From Nitrospirota bacterium (lineage in GTDB: Bacteria > Nitrospirota > UBA9217), in NCBI GenBank assembly GCA_963840455.1, contig CAWIYV010000007.1, positions 64,001-128,000 on the forward strand: a stretch of DNA of 64,000 bases, in the 5' to 3' direction. This document shows positions 21,055 to 30,330 of this stretch, piece by piece. Position 1 is the stretch's first letter, and every line of letters starts with the position of its first letter. The position numbers were made by a program, and so were the translations under genes. The notes beneath the pieces are model-generated. The model was not told the DNA's origin. It saw nothing but the letters and a program-made list of their open reading frames with translations, and searched no databases.

Positions 21055-21283
21055 TCGAGAGGCTGTCGAAATGCAGTCGTGAATCAGTCGAGCGGCAGTC
21101 AAAGGGCAGCCAGGAAACCAGGCAGAGATAATATTTATTACTGAAGACCACATTTCGACAACCCTGTTTAAAGGTTTTCGACTGCATCTCGACTGCTTAG
21201 TGAAGGCTTTATGACTGCTCTACGACTGCTCCATGACTGACGTTTGACTGCATGATGACTGCTTCCTGACCGCTGTTCGACCA
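21054..21283. repeat. 11-bp-period inverted tandem repeat
   Basis: GTC at 21054, 21065, 21076, 21087, 21098; complementary GAC at 21180, 21191, 21213, 21224, 21235, 21246, 21257, 21268, 21279. Confidence 0.85.
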
Positions 21284-21288
21284 CCCTT

Positions 21289-21984
21289 ATGAACAAACCC
21301 CTCGTCATCGCCCACCGGGGAGATTCCTCCCGCGCCCTGGAAAACTCACTGGATGCGTTCCGTCTTGCATTGTCCATCCCCGTTGACATGATCGAGTTCG
21401 ACCTCCGGAAGAGCCGCGACAATGTCCTCTATGTGATGCACGATAAGGAAACGGGCAGGACCGCTGATGGCAGCCTGGATATCGAGAAGGCAGTGTCGGA
21501 TGATATCTCCCGGCTCAGGCTCAAGAACGGTGAAGCGATACCGACGCTGAACGATGTGCTCATCCTTGTCGATGGAAAGGTCGGATTGAACATCGAGATC
21601 AAGAGCAAGGGCGCCGGGGCCTTGACCGCGGCCCATCTGGTCGGATCAGGATACCGGGGCAAGGTGCTTATCTCATCCTTCAAGGAGGAAGAGGTCATCG
21701 GAGCAAGACGGGTGATGCCGGATGTTCCCGTGGCCGGGATCTTTGACACCTTCATTCCAGCGGAAGTAGGCGTGTACAAGGCAAAGGGTTACCATTTCAT
21801 AAGTCTGAACAGGAAGACCGTCACCCGGGAACTGGTGGATCTCTGCCATAAACAAAACATCGCAATGTACGTCTGGACCATTGATGACAAGAAGGAAATG
21901 GAAAAGCTCATTTCCTGGGGGGTTGACGGGCTGTACACCAATAAACCGGATTTGCTCTGCAGCATAGTGGGAAATATAAGTTAA
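21289..21984 (+). CDS. Glycerophosphodiester phosphodiesterase
   Basis: IAHRG, ENSL, IEFD, HD, NIEIK, VWT, GVDGLYTN. Confidence 0.93.
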   Translation: MNKPLVIAHRGDSSRALENSLDAFRLALSIPVDMIEFDLRKSRDNVLYVMHDKETGRTADGSLDIEKAVSDDISRLRLKNGEAIPTLNDVLILVDGKVGLNIEIKSKGAGALTAAHLVGSGYRGKVLISSFKEEEVIGARRVMPDVPVAGIFDTFIPAEVGVYKAKGYHFISLNRKTVTRELVDLCHKQNIAMYVWTIDDKKEMEKLISWGVDGLYTNKPDLLCSIVGNIS

Positions 21985-22097
21985 TAATATGCTATTATTT
22001 GTTTATAAGTGGGGGATATAGTTTAATTTATTTCTATTTTATACATTTAAATGGTAATTGTGCTATATGTCCGCTGCAGGTTAGATGAGGGGAAAAA

Positions 22098-23681
22098 ATG
22101 GCATCCGATCAGGTCTTTGACATCATCGTCATCGGCGGAGGTATAACCGGCGCGGGAGTGGCGCGGGATGCCGCGCTTCGCGGGCTTTCGACGCTGCTTC
22201 TCGAGAAGCGCGATTATTCGTCGGGCGTGAGCTCGAAGACCACGCGCCTGGTGCACGGGGGGCTCAGATACCTGGCGAACTTCGAGGTCGATCTTGTGGC
22301 CGAGGCGCTCCGGGAGCGGGCGATCCTGCGCAAGCAGGCCCCGTACCTCATCACGCCCATGCCGATCCTGATCCCGATCTATAAGGGCGACCCGCACGGC
22401 AGGGCAACGATCTCCGTGGGGATCCACCTCTACGAGCTGCTTTCCCGCGAGAAGGACATCCCGCATTATTTCACCGCCGGAACAGACAGGACGCTCGTCA
22501 TGGAGCCGCGGCTGAACCAGGACGGTCTCAAGGGCAGCGCACTGTTCTACGACCACCAGATCATCCTGCCCGAGCGGCTGGTGATCGAGAACATCCTTTC
22601 CGCGCGGGACGCTCGTGCGAAGGTCCTGAACTACACGGCGGCGGAGAAGATCGCCGAGACGGGGGACGGCGTCGTCGTGACGGCCCGCGATACCCTGTCC
22701 AATGCTGCCATGACCTGTCGCGCCAAGGTTCTCGTCAATGCAAGCGGGCCCTGGGTGGATGACGTGCGCAAAGCCGGCGGCATCGACAGAAAAAAGATCA
22801 TTTGTCCCACCAAGGGCATCCATCTGATCATGCCGAAGCTATCCGAGCAGTCGCTCTTCATCGCCTCGAGGGACGGCAGGATGTTCTTTATCATACCCCT
22901 GGACAAGTGGTCGCTTATCGGGACAACGGACACGAAATATGACGGCGACCTCGACGAGGTGCATGCCGACGCGGCGGACGTTGACTATCTGCTGAACGAG
23001 AGCAGGCGCGTCCTGCCGGGTCTGAACCTGACGAAAGATAAGATCCTCTACACCTACGCTGGTGTCCGTCCTCTGGCCTTTGCCGGCGAACGGGAAAGCA
23101 GTATCTCGCGCAAGCACCGTGTCGTCGTCGAAGGGAGAACGGGCAGGATCATCACCATCGCGGGCGGCAAGTACACGACCTACCGGAACATGGCGGAGGA
23201 CGTCGTCGATGCCGCATGCCGGAAGCTCGGGAAAAGAGTCGCCTGCGAAACGGACCGGAAACCGCTTGCCGGGAGTCTTCCTGCGAGTCTGGACGAGTAC
23301 GTGAAGGAAGAAGTCCCTCAGCTGGCGAAACGGTTCAGTGTTGCTCCCGAGACCGTGCGCCATCTGGTCCACCTTTACGGCGCGCGCGCGGAGAAGGTCC
23401 TGCAGCTGGCGCACGATGACCCGCGTCTCGCAGAGGCCGTTTCCCCGGAGAGCAGGGACATCTACGCGCAGGTCCTGTATGGGATCCGGGAAGAGGGGGC
23501 CAAGACCATTTCCGATATTGTTCTCCGCAGGATGCACCTCGGCATCACCTCGTCGCGCGGTGGACCGCAGGCCGCGAAGATCGCGGAGACCGCGGGCAGA
23601 GAGCTTGGATGGAGCAATGACGAGAACAAGCACTGGGTGGAAAGATTCGCAGACGATCTGGCCAAGGAAAAGATGTTCTGA
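22098..23681 (+). CDS. glpD: FAD-dependent glycerol-3-phosphate dehydrogenase
   Basis: GGGITGAG, SSKTTRLVHGGLRYL, GTTD, AGVRPL, GGKYTTYR. Confidence 0.93.
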   Translation: MASDQVFDIIVIGGGITGAGVARDAALRGLSTLLLEKRDYSSGVSSKTTRLVHGGLRYLANFEVDLVAEALRERAILRKQAPYLITPMPILIPIYKGDPHGRATISVGIHLYELLSREKDIPHYFTAGTDRTLVMEPRLNQDGLKGSALFYDHQIILPERLVIENILSARDARAKVLNYTAAEKIAETGDGVVVTARDTLSNAAMTCRAKVLVNASGPWVDDVRKAGGIDRKKIICPTKGIHLIMPKLSEQSLFIASRDGRMFFIIPLDKWSLIGTTDTKYDGDLDEVHADAADVDYLLNESRRVLPGLNLTKDKILYTYAGVRPLAFAGERESSISRKHRVVVEGRTGRIITIAGGKYTTYRNMAEDVVDAACRKLGKRVACETDRKPLAGSLPASLDEYVKEEVPQLAKRFSVAPETVRHLVHLYGARAEKVLQLAHDDPRLAEAVSPESRDIYAQVLYGIREEGAKTISDIVLRRMHLGITSSRGGPQAAKIAETAGRELGWSNDENKHWVERFADDLAKEKMF

Positions 23682-23807
23682 TTACGGTTTTTGCCCCAAG
23701 TCGGAACAGGTATCTGCTCTCTACGCTACGAGCCATGCCGCAAAGCGATCGAGCGGTTAACCGCTCAATTTCTCGGCTGTTTTCCCCACTCCTTTCTTGA
23801 TTTTATA

Positions 23808-23836
23808 TTGACAAATGTTCCAAGGTGTTTTATTAT
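23808..23836 (+). promoter_or_regulatory. Sigma70-like promoter of the alaC-hom cluster
   Basis: TTGACA-17 bp-TATTAT. Confidence 0.65.
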
Positions 23837-23899
23837 CAACTTCGTTCTTTTTCCGGGAAGCATCAAGCGTAATTATCTCTTTTGAAACAAGAGGATAGG

Positions 23900-25078
23900 A
23901 TGCCCGAAGTATTCAGCAGAATAAAGCGCCTGCCTCCCTATGTTTTCGCCATCGTGAACACCATGAAGCTTGAAGCGAGGAGGCAGGGCGAGGACATCAT
24001 CGACCTCGGCATGGGAAATCCCGACCAGGGAACTCCGCAGCACATCGTCGACAAGCTCATCGAAGCGGCGCAGAACCCGAAGAACCACCGGTACTCGGCA
24101 TCCAAGGGCATCACCAAACTTCGCTCCGCCATCTGCGACCGGTACAGAACGAAATACGGCGTTGACCTCGACCCCGAGTCCGAGGCCGTGGTGACCATCG
24201 GTTCCAAGGAGGGACTGTCCCATCTTGCGCTTGCCACGGTGGAGCCGGGCGACGTGGTGCTTACGACCACGCCGGCCTATCCTATCCATCCCTACAGCGT
24301 GATCATCGCCGGCGGGGAGGTCCGCTCCATCCCGCTCCGGAAGGACAGCGACTTCTTTGCCGACCTGCAGGAGGCGTACAAGAACACCTGGCCGCGGCCG
24401 AAGATGCTCATCATCAACTTTCCGAACAATCCGACGACCCAGGTGGTCGACCTCGACTTCTTTCAGAGGATCGCGGACTTCGCGAAGGAGAACAACATCA
24501 TCGTGGTCCACGACCTGGCCTACGCGGACCTGAACTTCGACGGCTACCAGGCCCCCAGCTTCCTGCAGGCGAAGGGCGCGAAGGACGTGGGCGTGGAGTT
24601 CTACAGCCTCACGAAGAGCTTCAACATGGCGGGTTGGCGCGTGGGATTCTGCGTCGGGAACAAGGACATCGTGGGAGCGCTGATCAAGATCAAGAGCTAT
24701 CTGGACTACGGCATGTTCCAGCCAATCCAGATCGCATCCATTATCGCGCTCAACGGGCCGCAGGAGTGTGTGAAAGAGATCGCGGAGACGTACCGGTCAC
24801 GACGCGACGTGCTCGTGGAGGGGCTGAGCAAGGCGGGCTGGCAGATCGAGAAGCCCAAGGCCACCATGTTCGTCTGGGCCGAGATCCCCGAGGCGTTCCG
24901 GAAGAGGGGATCCCTCGAGTTCTCGAAGCACCTCATCAAGGAGGCAAAGGTCGCGGTCTCTCCCGGCATCGGCTTTGGCGAATACGGCGACAGCCATGTA
25001 CGGTTCGCACTCATCGAGAACGAGCACCGGCTGCGCCAGGCGGCGAAAGGCATTAAACAGGCGCTGCAGAAAAATTGA
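23900..25078 (+). CDS. alaC: Class I PLP aminotransferase (AlaC-like)
   Basis: [55 protein letters not shown]; upstream of hom. Confidence 0.8.
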   Translation: MPEVFSRIKRLPPYVFAIVNTMKLEARRQGEDIIDLGMGNPDQGTPQHIVDKLIEAAQNPKNHRYSASKGITKLRSAICDRYRTKYGVDLDPESEAVVTIGSKEGLSHLALATVEPGDVVLTTTPAYPIHPYSVIIAGGEVRSIPLRKDSDFFADLQEAYKNTWPRPKMLIINFPNNPTTQVVDLDFFQRIADFAKENNIIVVHDLAYADLNFDGYQAPSFLQAKGAKDVGVEFYSLTKSFNMAGWRVGFCVGNKDIVGALIKIKSYLDYGMFQPIQIASIIALNGPQECVKEIAETYRSRRDVLVEGLSKAGWQIEKPKATMFVWAEIPEAFRKRGSLEFSKHLIKEAKVAVSPGIGFGEYGDSHVRFALIENEHRLRQAAKGIKQALQKN

Positions 25079-25083
25079 AAGGC

Positions 25084-25173
25084 TTTTTACCGCGGAGATC
25101 GCAGAGATCGCGGAGCAAATACATTGAACGTTTTGAATAAAACTCTCAGCGTACTCTGCGTCCTCTGCGGTGA
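25084..25173. repeat. Gene-less 9-bp-period inverted-repeat element (E2)
   Basis: TTTTTACCGCGGAGATCGCAGAGATCGCGGAG ... CTCAGCGTACTCTGCGTCCTCTGCGGTGA. Confidence 0.85.
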
Positions 25174-25205
25174 GATTATTTGTATTTTGCATAAGGTGAG
25201 GTGAA

Positions 25206-26522
25206 ATGGCAACGAAGAAATCCATCAACGTCGGCATCATCGGGTTCGGCACCGTAGGCACGGGCACGGCGCGCATCCTCATCGAGAACGCGGACATCAT
25301 CAAGCGCAGGCTCGGCATGCCGGTGAAGCTCAGGAAGATCGCTGATCTGGACATCAAGCGCGACCGGGGCGTGAAGTTGGGCGAGGTGGTCCTCACGAAC
25401 GATGCGAAGGAGGTCCTTGCCGACCCGGACATCGACATCGTGGTTGAGCTCATCGGCGGCTACAAGCCGGCCAAGGAATTCATTCTCGAGGCCATCAAGA
25501 ACAAAAAACATGTGGTCACCGCGAACAAGGCGCTCCTGGCCGTGCACGGCGAGGAGATCTACGCGGCCGCGGACAAGGCGGGCGTGACCGTGGGATACGA
25601 GGCGTCCGTTGCCGGCGGCATCCCGATCCTCAAGTCGCTCAAAGAAGGGCTTGCGGCGAACCGGATCGAGTCCATCTACGGCATCGTGAACGGCACGTGC
25701 AACTATATCCTGACGCTCATGACGAACGAGGGCAGGAAGTTCGACGAGGTCCTGAAGGAGGCCCAGGCCAAGGGCTACGCCGAGGCGGACCCGACCTTCG
25801 ACATCGAAGGCATCGATTCCGCGCACAAGCTCGCGGTCCTGACCATGCTTGCCTTCGGCACGCCGGTAAAGTTCGAGGACATCTATACGGAAGGCATCTC
25901 GAAGATCACGCCGCTCGACATCGAATTTGCGAAGGAGCTCGGGTACAAGATCAAGCTCCTTGCCATCACCAAGATGGTGAATGGCGAGATCGAGGCGCGG
26001 GTCCACCCGACCATGCTGCCGGGCGATTTTCCCATCGCCACGGTGGACGGTGTGTTCAATGCGCTCAACGTGGTCGGGAACGCTGTGGGCTCCACGATGT
26101 TCTACGGCAGGGGAGCCGGCGACATGCCGACGGGCAGCGCTGTCGTCAGCGATATCATGGACATCGGCAGGGACATCCTGGCGGGCTGCACGGGCAGGAT
26201 GCCGGTCGCCGCGTTCCGGGAGAGGGCGCCGCTCAAGATACGCAGGATGGATGACATCACATCGTGCTACTACCTGCGGTTCACGGCGCTCGACAAGCCC
26301 GGCGTCCTGTCGCGGATCTCGGGCGTGCTCGGGAAGAACAATATCAGCATCGAGTCGGTGATCCAGAAGGGCCGGGGGGGGGCCGAAGCGGTGCCGCTCG
26401 TGATGATGAGCCACGAGGCCATCGAGCGCGACGTCCGGAAGGCGCTCGACGAGATCAATAAAATGGATTGCGTCGCCGGTCCAACGATGGTCATCCGGGT
26501 GGAGGAAGGAACAAAAGCATAG
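25206..26522 (+). CDS. hom: Homoserine dehydrogenase (with ACT domain)
   Basis: GFGTVG, VVTANKAL, EASVAGGIP, GYAEADP, GRGAG. Confidence 0.96.
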   Translation: MATKKSINVGIIGFGTVGTGTARILIENADIIKRRLGMPVKLRKIADLDIKRDRGVKLGEVVLTNDAKEVLADPDIDIVVELIGGYKPAKEFILEAIKNKKHVVTANKALLAVHGEEIYAAADKAGVTVGYEASVAGGIPILKSLKEGLAANRIESIYGIVNGTCNYILTLMTNEGRKFDEVLKEAQAKGYAEADPTFDIEGIDSAHKLAVLTMLAFGTPVKFEDIYTEGISKITPLDIEFAKELGYKIKLLAITKMVNGEIEARVHPTMLPGDFPIATVDGVFNALNVVGNAVGSTMFYGRGAGDMPTGSAVVSDIMDIGRDILAGCTGRMPVAAFRERAPLKIRRMDDITSCYYLRFTALDKPGVLSRISGVLGKNNISIESVIQKGRGGAEAVPLVMMSHEAIERDVRKALDEINKMDCVAGPTMVIRVEEGTKA

Positions 26523-26545
26523 GGTCGTAGTCCAGGGGGTAAGGC

Positions 26546-26806
26546 ATGGGAGATGACATCAAGGTGGATAAGACCATAGACATCAGGGGCCAGGTATGCC
26601 CCTATACCTTCGTTCGCTCCAAACTGGCCATCGAAAAGATGAACGTCGGCGAGGTGCTCGAGATCATTCTGGACCACAAGCCCGCCGTCGAGAACGTTCC
26701 CAAAAGCATGGAGAACGAGGGCCAGAAGGTCATGAAGGTCGAGCAGACCGGCGAGAAGGAGTGGCACATCATTGTCCGAAAGGACAAGGAGAAGAAAAAG
26801 TCCTAA
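26546..26806 (+). CDS. TusA/SirA-family sulfur carrier
   Basis: IDIRGQVCPY (CPx motif), 86 aa. Confidence 0.9.
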   Translation: MGDDIKVDKTIDIRGQVCPYTFVRSKLAIEKMNVGEVLEIILDHKPAVENVPKSMENEGQKVMKVEQTGEKEWHIIVRKDKEKKKS

Positions 26807-26814
26807 TCCTAATA

Positions 26815-26900
26815 GGGGAGGCGTGAGGAGTAAGGGGTAAGTGGCAAGGGGTAGGGAATATGCAGCACCAACCGTTCACCCCTGACCCCTAACCTTTCAC
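26815..26900. repeat. 7-bp-period degenerate inverted repeat (AGGGGTA / CCCCTRA)
   Basis: GAGGAGTAAGGGGTAAGTGGCAAGGGGTAGGG ... CACCCCTGACCCCTAACCTTTCAC. Confidence 0.65.
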
Positions 26901-26911
26901 GGAAGGTAACT

Positions 26912-27715
26912 ATGGAATTCACCGAAGACCAGATACTGCGCTACAGCAGGCATATCATCCTGCCCGAGGTCGGGGGCGACGGCCAGGAGAAGCTGCTGAA
27001 CGCGAAGGTAGTGCTCGTGGGCGCCGGAGGCCTCGGCTCGCCCGTCGGTTACTATCTCGCTGCAGCGGGGGTGGGCACCATCGGCGTTATCGACAACGAC
27101 CGCGTCGAGATGTCGAACCTCCAGCGCCAGATCGCGCACAACACGAAAAGGCTCGGCGTGCTCAAGGCCGACTCGGCGAAGGAGACCTACGAGACCCTGA
27201 ACCACGACGTGACGGTCGTGACGCACAAGGAACGGCTGACGTCCGTGAACATCAAGGACATCATCAAGGATTACGACATCGTGGTGGACGGCAGCGACAA
27301 TTTTCCGACGCGGTATCTCGTGAACGACGCCTGCGTCATGCTGAAGAAAACGCTGATCAGCGCCGCGGTGTTCCGGTTCGAGGGGCAGGTAATGTCCATC
27401 TACCCGGGCGACGGGCCATGCTACCGCTGCCTCTTTGAGGTGCCGCCGCCCGCCGGCATGGTGCCGTCGTGCCAGGAAGCGGGCATCCTCGGCGTGGTCA
27501 CCGGCGTGGTCGGTACGCTTCAGGCCACGGAGGTGGTGAAGGCGATCCTCGGCATCGGCGTTCCGCTCAAGGGGAGACTGCTGCTGTGGAACGCCCTCGA
27601 TATGAGCTTCCGGACAGTAAAGGTGCCGCGGAACCGTGAATGTCCGGTCTGCGGCGAGCATCCGACGATCAAGGAGCTGATCGACTACGAGCAGTTCTGC
27701 TCGATGTCGCACTGA
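26912..27715 (+). CDS. MoeB/ThiF/HesA-family adenylyltransferase
   Basis: RYSRHIIL, GAGGLG, SNLQRQ, DNFPTRY, CYRC, CPVCG. Confidence 0.93.
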   Translation: MEFTEDQILRYSRHIILPEVGGDGQEKLLNAKVVLVGAGGLGSPVGYYLAAAGVGTIGVIDNDRVEMSNLQRQIAHNTKRLGVLKADSAKETYETLNHDVTVVTHKERLTSVNIKDIIKDYDIVVDGSDNFPTRYLVNDACVMLKKTLISAAVFRFEGQVMSIYPGDGPCYRCLFEVPPPAGMVPSCQEAGILGVVTGVVGTLQATEVVKAILGIGVPLKGRLLLWNALDMSFRTVKVPRNRECPVCGEHPTIKELIDYEQFCSMSH

Positions 27716-27722
27716 GAAATGC

Positions 27723-27760
27723 GGACACGGTGACACGGGGACGGGGAGACTCGGGGATAG
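27723..27760 (+). repeat. 8-bp-period tandem arm (GACACGGG-like)
   Basis: GGACACGGTGACACGGGGACGGGGAGACTCGGGGA; same family at 39496-39560. Confidence 0.65.
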
Positions 27761-27773
27761 GAACCAATTCGGC

Positions 27774-28196
27774 ATGCTCACGATATCCCGTACCGATTTC
27801 CAGTCGATCATAGACCACTGCAATGCCGGATACCCCGATGAGGCCTGCGGCATCCTCGCAGGAAAGGCCGGCAGGGTGGAAAAGGTCTACTCCATGACGA
27901 ACGCGAGACCGGGCCCGGTCTCCTATGAAATGGACCCGGAAGAGCAGTTCCGCGTCATGAAGGACATCCGGCAGACAGGCCTTGAGATGGTCGGCATGTT
28001 CCACTCCCATCCGGATGGCCGCGCGTATCCTTCGGGCGTTGATGTGGAGAAGGCATACTGGCCCGGGACGCAGCTGCCGAACTACCCCGAGGCAGTGTAT
28101 GTCATCGTTTCCCTCATGGACCGCCCGAACCCGGATGTAAGAGGATACACGATCAGCGGGGGAGCGATACGCGAGGTTCCTCTGGCGGTCGTGTAG
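27774..28196 (+). CDS. M67/JAMM (Mec-like) metallopeptidase
   Basis: PDEACG and FHSHPDGRAYPSGVD (HxH-x7-SxxD). Confidence 0.92.
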   Translation: MLTISRTDFQSIIDHCNAGYPDEACGILAGKAGRVEKVYSMTNARPGPVSYEMDPEEQFRVMKDIRQTGLEMVGMFHSHPDGRAYPSGVDVEKAYWPGTQLPNYPEAVYVIVSLMDRPNPDVRGYTISGGAIREVPLAVV

Positions 28197-28248
28197 GCGC
28201 ATTTTTCGATTTTTAATTCCGGCCCGTCCGGATCAGGAGGAAGAATTC

Positions 28249-28533
28249 ATGGCGATCAAAGTAAGGATCCCGACCCCGCTGCAGAAACTGACGAACGGCA
28301 AATCGGAAGTGGAGTGCGCAGCGAAGAACATAACGGAACTGGTCGACGCCCTGGAGAAGGACTATCCGGGCATGAAAGAACGCCTTTCCGAGGGCGGCAA
28401 GATCAGGCGGTTCATCAATATCTATGTGAATGATGAGGATATCCGCTTCGTGAGCAAGGAAGATACCGCGCTGAAGGATGGAGATAATATCTCGATCGTG
28501 CCCGCCATCGCCGGGGGTGTGGATAACCGCTGA
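28249..28533 (+). CDS. MoaD/ThiS/CysO-like ubiquitin-fold sulfur carrier with extension after GG
   Basis: VRIPTPL, INIYVNDEDIRF, IVPAIAGG-VDNR. Confidence 0.9.
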   Translation: MAIKVRIPTPLQKLTNGKSEVECAAKNITELVDALEKDYPGMKERLSEGGKIRRFINIYVNDEDIRFVSKEDTALKDGDNISIVPAIAGGVDNR

Positions 28534-28540
28534 GTTCATG

Positions 28541-28641
28541 TTGCCGCAGAGTACGCCGAGAACACAGAGACGAAAAAAATTGAATCTTGCGCTTTGAATC
28601 TCAAATGTTTTTTCTCTCGTGTCCTCTGTTCCTCTGTGGCG
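28541..28641. repeat. Gene-less 9-bp-period inverted-repeat element (E3, degenerate)
   Basis: TTGCCGCAGAGTACGCCGAGAACACAGAGA ... TCTCTCGTGTCCTCTGTTCCTCTGTGGCG. Confidence 0.75.
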
Positions 28642-28661
28642 GAAAATCCCAAGGAGGCCAT

Positions 28662-28901
28662 ATGGCTACCAGAAGGATCAGATTGACGTTCCCGCAGGAC
28701 CTGATCAGAGAGCCGGTGATCTTTACCATGGCAAAGAAGTTCGATGTGATGCCGAACATCCGTCGTGCCAAGGTGACCGAAAACGTGGGCGAGGTCATCC
28801 TCGAGCTCGAAGGGTCAGAAAAGAAGCTTGAAGAGGGAATCGCTTATCTGAAAGAGCGGGGCGTCAAGGTGGATCCCGTGGAGGGAGAAGCGGCGGGATA
28901 G
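28662..28901 (+). CDS. NIL-domain protein
   Basis: LTFPQDLIREPVI...NIRRA...ELEG; AAGGAGG RBS. Confidence 0.85.
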   Translation: MATRRIRLTFPQDLIREPVIFTMAKKFDVMPNIRRAKVTENVGEVILELEGSEKKLEEGIAYLKERGVKVDPVEGEAAG

Positions 28902-28964
28902 TCAGGAGCGGACATCGGTCAACACCTGGCCAGAGACTGCTCGAGAGGCCCACAGTATGTCCTT

Positions 28965-30200
28965 ATGAAATACATCATCTTACTGGGAGACGGAATGGCG
29001 GACCGGCCGTGCGCCGACCTGGGGGGGAAGACCTGCCTCCAGGCCGCCAGGACGCCGAACCTTGACCAGCTGGCGACGCTCGGCCAGGTCGGGATGGTCC
29101 ATACCGTTCCCGACGGCTATGCCCCTGGCAGCGACGTGGCAAACCTGTCGGTGCTGGGATATGACCCGCGAAAGTATTATACCGGACGTTCTCCGCTTGA
29201 GGCGGCGAGCATCGGCGTGGCGCTCGGGCCCGATGACGTGGCGTTCCGGTGCAACCTCGTGACGCTCAAGCTATCGGGCGGCGGCACGGCCAGCACACGC
29301 CGGAAGGTGCTCATGGAGGACTTCAGCGCCGGCCATATCTCCACCCAGGAGGCGCGCACGCTCATCGAGGAGATCGACCGGGCGCTGGGAAGCGAGCATA
29401 TCCGCTTCTATCCGGGTGTGAGCTACCGGCACCTGATGGTCTGGAAGGGCGGCAGGGACCGGATCGAGTGCACGCCTCCCCATGATATCCAGGACAAGGA
29501 CATCCAGGACTATCTTCCCCGCGGCGAGGGCGACGACATCATCAACGAGCTGATGGCGGCGTCCTTAGATCTCCTGACCAACCACCCCGTCAACAAGGCC
29601 CGGCTCGAGAACGGCAAGCGCGCCGCGAACAGCATCTGGCTCTGGGGCCAGGGGAAGCGGCCGAGCATGCCCACCTTCCGGGAGAAGTACGGCATCGAGG
29701 GCGCGGTGATCTCCGCCGTGGACCTCACCAAGGGCCTCGGCGTCTACGCCGGGTTCGAGGTGATCAAGGTGCCCGGGGCCACCGGCTGGCTCGACACGAA
29801 CTACGTTGGCAAGGCGGAGCACGCGCTCTTCGCGCTCAAGACGAAGGATTTCGTGTACCTCCACGTGGAGGCGCCGGATGAAGCAGGACACACCGGTGAT
29901 GTGAAGAACAAGGTCAGGGCCATCGAGGACTTCGATGAGTTCATCGTCGGGAACATCATGCACGGGATGAAGCAGTTCGATGAGTACCGGATCCTTGCGC
30001 TGCCCGACCATCCCACGCCGCTCGAGATCCGGACCCATTCGGCGGAGCCGGTCCCGTTCGTGCTCTACGACAGCCGGAACGAGCGGAAGGGCGGACCGGT
30101 GACCTACGACGAGCGGATCGCGGACCGGAAGGAAGCGCTGGTGTTCAAGGAAGGGTACAAGCTGATGGACCATTTTTTAAATAGAACAACTAAGTCCTGA
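28965..30200 (+). CDS. apgM: Cofactor-independent phosphoglycerate mutase family (ApgM; proposed alternative homoserine kinase in this context)
   Basis: GDGMAD, PGSDVANL, FRCNLV, HVEAPDEAGH, PDHPTP. Confidence 0.88.
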   Translation: MKYIILLGDGMADRPCADLGGKTCLQAARTPNLDQLATLGQVGMVHTVPDGYAPGSDVANLSVLGYDPRKYYTGRSPLEAASIGVALGPDDVAFRCNLVTLKLSGGGTASTRRKVLMEDFSAGHISTQEARTLIEEIDRALGSEHIRFYPGVSYRHLMVWKGGRDRIECTPPHDIQDKDIQDYLPRGEGDDIINELMAASLDLLTNHPVNKARLENGKRAANSIWLWGQGKRPSMPTFREKYGIEGAVISAVDLTKGLGVYAGFEVIKVPGATGWLDTNYVGKAEHALFALKTKDFVYLHVEAPDEAGHTGDVKNKVRAIEDFDEFIVGNIMHGMKQFDEYRILALPDHPTPLEIRTHSAEPVPFVLYDSRNERKGGPVTYDERIADRKEALVFKEGYKLMDHFLNRTTKS

Positions 30201-30299
30201 ACACGAATGTCACGAATGGACGAATCACACGAATAAGATCTGATTTTAGTTTCGCCGTCATTCGTGACATTCGCGAATATTCGTGTAATTCGTGTTCAG
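30198..30299. repeat. ~9-bp-period inverted repeat (CACGAAT / ATTCGTG type)
   Basis: TGAACACGAATGTCACGAATGGACGAATCACACGAAT ... ATTCGTGACATTCGCGAATATTCGTGTAATTCGTGTTCA. Confidence 0.85.
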
Positions 30300-30330
30300 C
30301 GATTTTAGTTCTTTCATGATGGAGGGTTCG

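Noticed and set aside
21054-21283. Possible CRISPR-like mini array
   Set aside because: The period is only 11 bp with a 3-6 bp core and the two halves are inverted.
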